From positions 1 to 61,331 of IMG/VR virus record IMGVR_UViG_3300045988_137383: a stretch of 61,331 bases of DNA; one strand, 5' to 3'. The notes under the pieces were generated by a model that did not search any database, was not told the DNA's origin, and worked only from the letters and a program-made list of their open reading frames with translations. Both the position numbers and the translations under genes were made by a program. This document shows positions 53,807-61,331 of this stretch, in pieces. Source of the DNA: a virus. Position 1 is the stretch's first letter, and every line of letters starts with the position of its first letter.

Positions 53807-53819
53807 ACCTTTGCGGACG

Positions 53820-56549
53820 ATGAGAGAGGAGACCATAGACACAGAGAAGTACCTTGACCCCGTGTTCCTGAGACACGGCCAGAGGGTGTACACCTACGAC
53901 CTCGTGGAACGCATCCGGGAGGACAACCTCAGCCGCAAGAAGGACGGCAGGAGGATATTCAACATGTGCCCCCAGGCCGGCTTCCAGGAGAAGGTGCTAA
54001 CCACACAGGCGGACATCAAGATAGTGGGTGGAAAGAGAGGCGGGGGGAAAATGCAGCCTTTAGATTGTAAAATCGTAACTCCCTTTGGATTAAGGCGTTT
54101 GGGTGATATTAAAATAGGAAATATCATCTCCAATCCTGTTTCGGGGGGAATGGAAAGAGTTATCCAAATATTTGAACATAAGGGTAAAGACGTGTATCGC
54201 TTGATATTCTCAGACGGGACATCAACAGAATGCGGACTTGAACATTTATGGCTGGTACACAGGACTAATTTCGTCTATAAAAGCAGACTGATAAACGGCA
54301 CTGGGAAAGAAGACGCTTGGAGGGTATGGACATTTGCGCAAATAAAAGATTTTCTGGACAAGCAAAAAACTGGAGAGTTTAAAGCAAAACAAAAAAACAA
54401 TTTGATTGTGCCACTATGCGAGCCGGTAAAATTCACAAAAGGCGCATCCAGAACCAAAATAGCGACAAATCCGTATTTGATAGGGGCGTTGATTGGTGAC
54501 GGACATCTCGGCAAGGAGATAAGGCTAACCTCAGCGGATGAAGAGATTGTAAACGAGTTCGTGAAGCGCGGCGTTGATATGTCGCACTTTACAACAGCAC
54601 CCGAAAATAAGGCAAGGGATTATAAAATCCACGATCGTACCATAAGAACCGATATTGATACATTACGCCTCCGTTATACGCTTAGCGGTGAAAAGTTCAT
54701 CCCAACGAGATTTCTCTACGGCACCGTGGACGAACGATTCTCACTAATTCAGGGCCTTATGGATACCGATGGATATGTCAGTGCCGACGGGAAGTGCTAC
54801 TACACTACAATAAGCAAGAGGCTGGCGGAAGATTTCAGATTTGTGATAGAATCCCTTGGCGGCACTGCAACCATAACGCAAAAGAAGGCTGGATACAAAA
54901 AAGACGGGGAATATATACAATGTAATGACGCATACGAGATATACATCCGCATACGTGACGCGCATAGGTTGTTCAGACTTTCGCGCAAGAAGGAGAGATG
55001 TCACCCTAATAACGGTGGAGCATCTGTGCCGGGCAGAAGGATAGTCGGATATGAATATGTCGGGAAAAAGGACTGTCGTTGCCTTACGGTGGATTCAAGG
55101 GATTGTCTTTATATGACAGACGATTTCATAGTCACCCACAACACCTATGTCGGCCTCTACGAGTTCCTTCCGTACATCTTCAACCCCGACGTGAACGGCT
55201 ACGGATTCCGAAAGTATGAGGACGACATAGCCCGAGGCATCTGGAAGTCCTCGAAGCAGGTTTACCGATGGCTCGGAAGCCCCGCAGACACCAGCTTCGA
55301 GTGGAAGTTCCTGAACGGGCGCGGGGCCACGATGAAGATGGAGCACCTCCAGGACCCGAAGAAGATAGCCGACCGGTTCAGGGGCGTGGAGATGGCGTTC
55401 GTGCTGATAGAGGAGCTGGCCGAGCACACAAGGGACGACCTTGACGTTATATTCGACCTTCTCGCCTCGAACCGAACCACGTCCGGCGTCAGGCCCAAGT
55501 TCATCTGCACCTGCAACCCGGTCGGCAAGTCCAACAAGCTAAGGCTTCTCCTCGACTGGTGGATAGACCCCGACACCAACAGGGCGATTCCGGAGAGGGA
55601 CGGGAAGGTCAGGTACTTCTACCGCTACGGCAAGGACGTGAGCGAGATGGTCTGGGGCGACACCCCAGAGGAGGTCTACAACAACGCCACCGTCCACTCC
55701 AAGATAGACAATCTCTGCATAAGCACCGGCTCGTCCTACAAGGACTTCATCACCTCCATCACGTTCATCAACGGAGAGTTCAAGGACAACAAGATACTCC
55801 AGATAAGCGACCCGAAGTATATGTCCCGAATATCCGCCAAAGGAGGCGAGGGAGTGGTCAACGACATCGAGGGCATCTGGCAGGACATGGACTCGGGCAC
55901 CTCGATGCTGTCAGCCGAGGACATGTCCCTCCTCTTCGACAACACCGAGCGCAGGGACGGATTCATGCGCGCCTCCGCCGACGTGGCGCTCACGGGCGAC
56001 TTCTTCGTCATCTTCGCGTTCGACGGCCACCACATCGCCGACATGGAGGCGTGGAGGGGCGTGCCCACGGACGCGGTGGAGACGTTCGTCAGCAAGTTCC
56101 TCGAAAGGAACGGCGTCAGGCAGGAGAACTTCACCTACGACTCCAACGGACTCGGCCTGTGGCTCAAGGACGCGTTCCCCGCAGCCGTGCCGTTCAACAA
56201 CAAGTCCCAGTCGAGCAACTCCCTCCTGTGGAACAACCTCAAGAGCGAGTGCGCCGAGAAGTTCGTCAAGGACGTGAAGTCGGGGCTCTTCTCGATAGAC
56301 TCCCGCATACTTCAAAGACGGTTCACGGACTCGAAGGGCAGGTCGTTCACGGTCGCGGACAGGCTCGTGGAGGAGAGGCGCGCCATAAGGCGCAAAGACA
56401 GCGACGGAGGGCGCTTCGAGATAATATCCAAGCCCCAGATGAAGGCGGAGATAGGACACTCCCCGGACTTCATCGAGGCGCTGTTCATGGTCGAGCACCT
56501 GTACGCCATCAAGAGGAGGTGCGTGCGCACGGGGTTCGAGAACTGGTAG
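53820..56549 (+). CDS. terL: terminase large subunit interrupted by an intein
   Basis: first ATG at 53820 (the track start 53811 is TTG); exteins give Walker A GKRGGGK|T; C-terminal nuclease-half region follows; portal gene is next. Confidence 0.88.
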   Translation: MREETIDTEKYLDPVFLRHGQRVYTYDLVERIREDNLSRKKDGRRIFNMCPQAGFQEKVLTTQADIKIVGGKRGGGKMQPLDCKIVTPFGLRRLGDIKIGNIISNPVSGGMERVIQIFEHKGKDVYRLIFSDGTSTECGLEHLWLVHRTNFVYKSRLINGTGKEDAWRVWTFAQIKDFLDKQKTGEFKAKQKNNLIVPLCEPVKFTKGASRTKIATNPYLIGALIGDGHLGKEIRLTSADEEIVNEFVKRGVDMSHFTTAPENKARDYKIHDRTIRTDIDTLRLRYTLSGEKFIPTRFLYGTVDERFSLIQGLMDTDGYVSADGKCYYTTISKRLAEDFRFVIESLGGTATITQKKAGYKKDGEYIQCNDAYEIYIRIRDAHRLFRLSRKKERCHPNNGGASVPGRRIVGYEYVGKKDCRCLTVDSRDCLYMTDDFIVTHNTYVGLYEFLPYIFNPDVNGYGFRKYEDDIARGIWKSSKQVYRWLGSPADTSFEWKFLNGRGATMKMEHLQDPKKIADRFRGVEMAFVLIEELAEHTRDDLDVIFDLLASNRTTSGVRPKFICTCNPVGKSNKLRLLLDWWIDPDTNRAIPERDGKVRYFYRYGKDVSEMVWGDTPEEVYNNATVHSKIDNLCISTGSSYKDFITSITFINGEFKDNKILQISDPKYMSRISAKGGEGVVNDIEGIWQDMDSGTSMLSAEDMSLLFDNTERRDGFMRASADVALTGDFFVIFAFDGHHIADMEAWRGVPTDAVETFVSKFLERNGVRQENFTYDSNGLGLWLKDAFPAAVPFNNKSQSSNSLLWNNLKSECAEKFVKDVKSGLFSIDSRILQRRFTDSKGRSFTVADRLVEERRAIRRKDSDGGRFEIISKPQMKAEIGHSPDFIEALFMVEHLYAIKRRCVRTGFENW
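54051..55142 (+). mobile_element. intein (364 aa) with a double-motif LAGLIDADG homing endonuclease, inserted in the TerL P-loop
   Basis: LIGALIGDGHL and LIQGLMDTDGYV; C-terminal IVTHN|T; clearly AT-richer than the flanks; the N-terminal boundary is inferred from restoring GKT. Confidence 0.8.
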
Positions 56550-56571
56550 TCAAACCTAACAATCAAAGAAT

Positions 56572-58080
56572 ATGAAGATTCCGAGAATAGAAACGATGAG
56601 GCCGGAGGATATCCTCGTCAAGGAGGCTTTCAAGAGGACGCTCCCTTCGGACAGGCTCACGCCCGGAGGCGGCACCTACCGCACGGGGAACGGCGGCGCA
56701 ATCGACTCGCCGTCTACCGACTCGCTCAGGTTCGAGCTGCTCACGCAGTCCGACTTCCTCAGGGAGTACGACGTGAACTCCCACAGGATAAACTCCATGA
56801 AGTACTACCCGAACCCGTTCTCCAAGGACGAGAGCGGGCGGTACAGGCAGAAGATCAAGACGAGGATAGCGATAGCCTTCCAGGAGCGCATCTTCACCAA
56901 GAGGCTCACCACGCTCATAGGCAACAGCGTGAACTTCCGCATCGCCAACTCCGAGGCCTCCCCGTCCGACCAGAGGACGCTGGCCGCCTTCCGCGAGGGA
57001 TGGCAGATGAGGAATATGGAGAACGCCCTCTACGAGGCCATAGCCGCGGACGGCAAGACGGGGGACTGCGCCCTCGCCTTCTGGCTGAGCGGAGGCAGGA
57101 TGGGCTGGAGGTCGTTCTCGTTCGAGAAGGGCGACACGCTCTATCCGCACTACGACCCGCTGACAGGGCGGCTCGCCCTCTTCGGGAGGAGGTACAGGGC
57201 GCAGGGTGATGGCGGTGTCGGTATGACCGAGTACCTCGACGTGTGGGACGACACCCGATACTGCCGCTACCGGATCCACGCGGACGGGAGGAAGGCCGCC
57301 TCGTGGATCATCGACCAGGAGCCGATACCGCACAACTACGGGCGCGTCCCGATAGCCTACGACCGCTACGGGGCCCCGTTCTGGGCGAACTCCCAGAGCC
57401 TCATAGAGGCCTACGAGACCGCCATAAGCCAGCTCGCGGAGAACAACGCAGCCTACGCCCTCCGCATCCTCTACTCGTTCGGAGAGTCGATGAATATGCA
57501 GGCCACGCTCGACGGAACCCCGACAAGGATAGACTCCCCGAGCGCGGACGCCAAAATCGGCTATCTGGAGCCGGCTGACGCGTCAAGCTCGTTCACCCTC
57601 CAGCTCACCGCTCTGGAGAAGAACATAATGAAGTCCTCGTTCGCGGTGGAGACACCGGAGATAAAGTCCGGCTCCGATATGTCCTCCCTCACCGTCAAGA
57701 TGCTCTTCGCGGACTCCTACCAGAAGGCGTTACTGGACGCGCAGCACTTCCAGCCGTTCCTCGACGACGTGGTGGAGCTCTTCCAGCACGGCTACGGCGT
57801 GGACTCGGGCAGGGTCAGCGAGTTCTCGGCGTTCAGGGTGAAGGCCGAGATATTCCCGTACATCTTCATGTCGGAAACAGAGCAGGTCAGCAACATCCTC
57901 CAGCTGAGGTCAGCGGGCGCGCTGTCAAGGCAGACCGCCTCCGAGCTCGGCTATGAGCTGGGCTTCGGCGTGAACTCGGAGTACCAGAGGGTACTCAACG
58001 AGGAGCATGACGCGCTCACGGGCGCCGCTTCCGTGTCCGGCAACACTGTCAACGACTTCCGCAACAGACAGGCAGAATGA
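56572..58080 (+). CDS. portal protein
   Basis: 502 aa, immediately after TerL and before the MuF-like gene. Confidence 0.8.
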   Translation: MKIPRIETMRPEDILVKEAFKRTLPSDRLTPGGGTYRTGNGGAIDSPSTDSLRFELLTQSDFLREYDVNSHRINSMKYYPNPFSKDESGRYRQKIKTRIAIAFQERIFTKRLTTLIGNSVNFRIANSEASPSDQRTLAAFREGWQMRNMENALYEAIAADGKTGDCALAFWLSGGRMGWRSFSFEKGDTLYPHYDPLTGRLALFGRRYRAQGDGGVGMTEYLDVWDDTRYCRYRIHADGRKAASWIIDQEPIPHNYGRVPIAYDRYGAPFWANSQSLIEAYETAISQLAENNAAYALRILYSFGESMNMQATLDGTPTRIDSPSADAKIGYLEPADASSSFTLQLTALEKNIMKSSFAVETPEIKSGSDMSSLTVKMLFADSYQKALLDAQHFQPFLDDVVELFQHGYGVDSGRVSEFSAFRVKAEIFPYIFMSETEQVSNILQLRSAGALSRQTASELGYELGFGVNSEYQRVLNEEHDALTGAASVSGNTVNDFRNRQAE

Positions 58081-58820
58081 CAAGGGAGAGTTCGGCGAAA
58101 GAGATGGAGAAGGTCCGGGGAGACGTCGAGCGGCGCGTCTGGGACGCTTCCAAGGCCATACTCGCCCTCGCCGAGGCTTACAGATACCTCGGAAAAACGT
58201 TCACGTTCTCGTTCAACGACGACCTCGACACGCAGGTCAACAGGATCCTCCTCGAACTGTCAGACGACCTTATGGCCGACAACAACGCGAGGGTGATGCA
58301 GACCGTATCCGACGCGGAGTCCGACCTCGGCGAGGTGGAGGAATACGTGGACAGGGAGCAGGGAGGCAGGGACAGGACGGAGCGCTACGACTGGTGGTGC
58401 TCGCGGCTGAAAGACTCACTGGAGTTGTGGGCTAAGGCCGGCTTCGCGTGCGGCCTCGCAGCCACCGCCATACTCTCCCAGATGAGGGCGCACTCGGCCA
58501 ACCCGTCAGGGTCCGGTCTCTGGAGCCGTTCCGGAGTCCAGCCGCCGCAAGGGTTCGGACAGGGATATTCAGCCGACATCATAGGCGGACTCACGCTCAC
58601 GGGGCAGAACTCCGTCAACGAGGCGTTCCAGTACGCCGCGCTGCTTGAGCTGAGGGGGATGGGCGACGTCACGGGCTACAGGGTCGTGCGCGGCTCGTCC
58701 TTCGACTGCGGGCACTGCGACGACCTCTGCGTAGGGGTCCATCCCCTCACCGAGATATGCCTCCCGGCTCATCCGAGGTGTATGTGCCGCATCGTCCCCG
58801 TGAGAAAGGGCGAGGGATAG
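58077..58820 (+). CDS. minor head protein (Mu F / SPP1 gp7-like)
   Basis: C-terminus FDCGHCDDLC...LPAHPRCMCRIVPV; ATGA overlap with the portal stop. Confidence 0.75.
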   Translation: MTRESSAKEMEKVRGDVERRVWDASKAILALAEAYRYLGKTFTFSFNDDLDTQVNRILLELSDDLMADNNARVMQTVSDAESDLGEVEEYVDREQGGRDRTERYDWWCSRLKDSLELWAKAGFACGLAATAILSQMRAHSANPSGSGLWSRSGVQPPQGFGQGYSADIIGGLTLTGQNSVNEAFQYAALLELRGMGDVTGYRVVRGSSFDCGHCDDLCVGVHPLTEICLPAHPRCMCRIVPVRKGEG

Positions 58821-58930
58821 AAATCAAGTCCTCTGGCGCACAGATGCAAGGCAATGCGAACAAGTGCCCCTCCGAAAGGAGAAACCCCGCCACAGCCCAA
58901 GGAAACAGCCAATGGCGGCAAAAGAAAAAA

Positions 58931-58962
58931 GCCCCGTCCGCGCGTCACCGCGAAGACGGGGC
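58931..58962 (-). terminator. intrinsic terminator between convergent units
   Basis: GCCCCGTC-N16-GACGGGGC; the minus strand is followed by a T-run. Confidence 0.6.
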
Positions 58963-59009
58963 TCAAACGTACTTATGAGTTTATAATAGATGGAATGAAA
59001 AGAACCTTC

Positions 59010-59132
59010 CTACCAGTCAACGGAGACCGTCCAGAAGAGCCACCCGAACGCCACGCAGCGGCCGGGAAACAGTATGTCTATGTAGGGGAGGAGGCTCACC
59101 GTCCCCGGCATCCTGCCAAGACTCACCCTCAT
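59010..59132 (-). CDS. small hydrophobic peptide, 40 aa
   Basis: ATGA coupling to the upstream stop; MRVSLGRMPGTVSLLPYIDILFPGRCVAFGWLFWTVSVDW. Confidence 0.3.
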   Translation of the reverse strand: MRVSLGRMPGTVSLLPYIDILFPGRCVAFGWLFWTVSVDW

Positions 59133-59542
59133 AGCCCTCCCTCCGTTTTCTCCGCCGCCTTGGCGAACTCCCCGCGGGCCGCCTCGTCAAGCATCGCCTC
59201 CGCGAGCTCCTTGTCCTGATCCGCGTCCTTCATTACGCCGTACATCTCCGGATGCCTCTCCGCGCACTCCTTGCAGAGCCTGTTGACACCGCTCAGGAAC
59301 TCCATGTCAGGTACGACACTCAGGAAGTTCCACGTCACGGCTATGATGCCCCTCAGGCCTTCCTGATTCTCTTTGGCCATATACTCCAGCATCATCCCCT
59401 TCGGGAGCGACTTCGACACGGAGAAGAACACGCTCCCCGCCATGTCCCTCACCTGCATCATGCCGCCCTTGTCCGCGAGGACGAAATTGCCTACCCTCGT
59501 CTCCCCGGCCTGGAGCCGGATCTTGCCTCTACTTATCTTCAT
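59129..59542 (-). CDS. hypothetical protein, 137 aa
   Basis: ATG at 59542 (MKISRGKIRLQAG). Confidence 0.65.
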   Translation of the reverse strand: MKISRGKIRLQAGETRVGNFVLADKGGMMQVRDMAGSVFFSVSKSLPKGMMLEYMAKENQEGLRGIIAVTWNFLSVVPDMEFLSGVNRLCKECAERHPEMYGVMKDADQDKELAEAMLDEAARGEFAKAAEKTEGGL

Positions 59543-60887
59543 CGCTATCGTTTTTGTAAAGAATATACACAACCTCGGCGCCCCTCAGCCTGCACACCCC
59601 GAGCGAGGCCATCTCCCTCGTGATGTCCGTCTTGGTCACCGCGCCCCTCAGCTCGCTGTATATGTGGCTCTGCGCCACCCTCAGCGGATGCTGCCCCGAG
59701 TGCCTCGGCTCCGGATAGAGGCCGTTCCTCTCCAGCCACCTGCTCACCGGACTGGCAGCGGCACGCGCCTTGCGCTTTATTACCTCGAGGTCCTTGTCCA
59801 TAATATCGCACGGGGTGAACGCGCCGCCGTTCGCAGAGAGCCGCCTCGCGCCCTCGTGGATCCACCGGAACACCCCCGGAAGCTCGTTCGCGGCTATCCT
59901 CGCCGCAAGCTCCCTGTCCTGCCTGTCCGGCGGTATCGTCACCCCGAAGCGGAACACCAGCAGCCTCCGGAAGAACGCGTCCGTCACGTCCCTGAAGGCC
60001 GGCATCTCGTTCAGCGCGAACACCAGCGGGGGACACTTGACGACCACGTTGCCCTCGTACAATTTCCACCCCTGCACCTCCTGCGAGGAGGCGAGAGCCT
60101 TCAGCGCGGAGTCGAAGGACGCGCCCTTGCGCACGTCGGGGGCGAAGTTCACCACCTTACCCCTCAGCGTCACCGCCTGCTTCGGGTCCGCCAGCTGGTC
60201 CGGGGAGAGGAAGCCCACCTTGTCGAGCCCCATCACCGCCTTCACCACGTCAAACACCACGCTCTTCCCGTTGGCCCCGCCACCCACGAATATCGCCATC
60301 TTCTCCACGCTCACCGACCGCCTGTCTATCAGGCACAGCCCGAAGAACTCCTGCAAACACGCCCGCTCAGCCTCATCCGGAACCACCTCCGAGAGGAACG
60401 CCTCCCACTCCGGGGCCTCCGGCCTCCCCTCCCCGTAGGCGTAACCCATCCGCCACGTCACAGGCAGGGACGGGGAGTGCGGCGACCTCCTCCCCGTCCG
60501 CAGGTTCAGCACGCAGTCGTCGAAACGCACCAGCATCGGGTCCGACTCCACGGACATGTCCCACAGCACCGACAGCGGAAGGTCCGCCATCCTCCTGACA
60601 TCCGAGGCCCCGACACCCAGCGAGTACAGGACATTGGCCAGCGTCATCATCAGCGCGTCCCTGCGTATCGGGGCGTAGCACCCGTCCTCGTAGTGCGACA
60701 GCTCCCCGTCCACATACCTCAGGCCGGAGTCGGACACGCACCCGCGCACCTCCGCGCACAGCGCGTCCACCCTCTGAGAGGCGGACTGCACGTGGCCAAG
60801 CGTGTCGAAGGCGGCCTTCCTCCTCCCAAGAAGGGAAGATAGCTCAGCCCTCAGCGCAGGGCACACCGGCGACACCTTACTCCCCAT
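59529..60887 (-). CDS. SF3 (D5 / P4-primase C-terminal type) helicase
   Basis: Walker A FVGGGANGKS; D5_N-like region upstream; ATG at 60887. Confidence 0.8.
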   Translation of the reverse strand: MGSKVSPVCPALRAELSSLLGRRKAAFDTLGHVQSASQRVDALCAEVRGCVSDSGLRYVDGELSHYEDGCYAPIRRDALMMTLANVLYSLGVGASDVRRMADLPLSVLWDMSVESDPMLVRFDDCVLNLRTGRRSPHSPSLPVTWRMGYAYGEGRPEAPEWEAFLSEVVPDEAERACLQEFFGLCLIDRRSVSVEKMAIFVGGGANGKSVVFDVVKAVMGLDKVGFLSPDQLADPKQAVTLRGKVVNFAPDVRKGASFDSALKALASSQEVQGWKLYEGNVVVKCPPLVFALNEMPAFRDVTDAFFRRLLVFRFGVTIPPDRQDRELAARIAANELPGVFRWIHEGARRLSANGGAFTPCDIMDKDLEVIKRKARAAASPVSRWLERNGLYPEPRHSGQHPLRVAQSHIYSELRGAVTKTDITREMASLGVCRLRGAEVVYILYKNDSDEDK

Positions 60888-61242
60888 CACACACCTCCTC
60901 CCCCGATGTCTCCACGTACCACACGAACCTCCTGTCCGCCCGGTCGAACGCCGAGCACTTCACGCAGTCGCAGTTCCTGTACCTGCGGGAGAAGTCGCAG
61001 CCCGAGCAGCAGTCGCGGTGGTCAACACCATCCGGAACCGCCACGCACACGTACTCCACACCGCACACGGTCACCCGCTCCCCGACACCGCACTCCACAC
61101 TCGGATACCTCCGCTTCGGGGACGGGGAGGAACCGAGCGAACGGGCCGCGGACAGCACGTCCGACACACCACGCAGCTCCTCCTCCGTGAAGGAGTCCCT
61201 CTCAGGGTGCAGCCTCGACAATATCCTATGCTCGATACTCAT
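60877..61242 (-). CDS. Cys-rich hypothetical protein, 121 aa
   Basis: ATG at 61242 (MSIEHRILSRL); CCSGCDFSRRYRNCDCVKC. Confidence 0.6.
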   Translation of the reverse strand: MSIEHRILSRLHPERDSFTEEELRGVSDVLSAARSLGSSPSPKRRYPSVECGVGERVTVCGVEYVCVAVPDGVDHRDCCSGCDFSRRYRNCDCVKCSAFDRADRRFVWYVETSGEEVCDGE

Positions 61243-61256
61243 ACTCCGCAAATATC

Positions 61257-61331
61257 CTTTTTTTTTCGCAATAACGGTCACGTTTCGATTATTTCCTTCA
61301 CTCAAAGAAACCAAGTCAATATGAACAGACA
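61257..61331. repeat. terminal direct repeat, copy 2
   Basis: identical to bases 1-75. Confidence 0.97.

Noticed and set aside
54066-55142. A canonical class-1 intein starting at Cys-86 (CKIVTPFG)
   Set aside because: It would leave MQPLD in the extein and give GGGKMQPLD-TYVG, destroying the Walker A GKT. Block A spacing also aligns better with the intein starting at Met-81.
58854-59219. A 121-aa plus-strand ORF after the MuF-like gene
   Set aside because: It runs through the convergent terminator hairpin and overlaps the 3' end of a better minus-strand gene. Its composition is Pro/Arg-rich.

Overview
The window is a complete phage genome. Bases 1-75 are identical to 61257-61331, so the contig closes on itself with a unit length of 61,256 bp. 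It looks like a temperate, siphovirus-like dsDNA phage: it has a long tape-measure gene and no sheath gene. The host is probably a high-G+C member of Bacteroidota. That is an inference from TAnnTTTG promoter boxes, A-rich leaders without Shine-Dalgarno sequences, a Bacteroides-style integrase and lipoprotein morons. Modules in order: accessory and anti-restriction genes (1.5-4.7 kb); two tandem tyrosine recombinases (4.8-7.2 kb); a minus-strand lysogeny operon of XRE-type repressor, coiled-coil protein, membrane protein and two lipoproteins (7.2-10.3 kb); a plus-strand early operon with RecT, a nuclease-FtsK fusion, a replication initiator carrying internal iterons, DnaB, a methyltransferase, HNH and RuvC-like resolvase (10.9-27.2 kb), which includes an AT-rich island of small genes at 21.1-25.7 kb; a minus-strand cassette of unknown function (27.2-30.6 kb); lysis genes (holin, amidase); a diversity-generating retroelement next to the tail fibre (33.8-37.4 kb); tail and head genes (37.4-53.7 kb); and a divergent TerL-portal-MuF packaging unit plus an SF3 helicase. 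The most notable observations are: (1) a DGR whose 8 TR/VR mismatches all fall at template adenines; (2) a LAGLIDADG intein in the TerL P-loop with class-3 (WCT) hallmarks and no N-terminal Cys; (3) two long ORF-free, hairpin-dense regions, one carrying tandem tRNA-like acceptor/T-arm/CCA modules; (4) a PD-(D/E)XK-FtsK fusion next to RecT; (5) several short tandem repeats placed where they could act as switches. All functional calls come from motif recognition by eye. No database search, folding or composition calculation was run.
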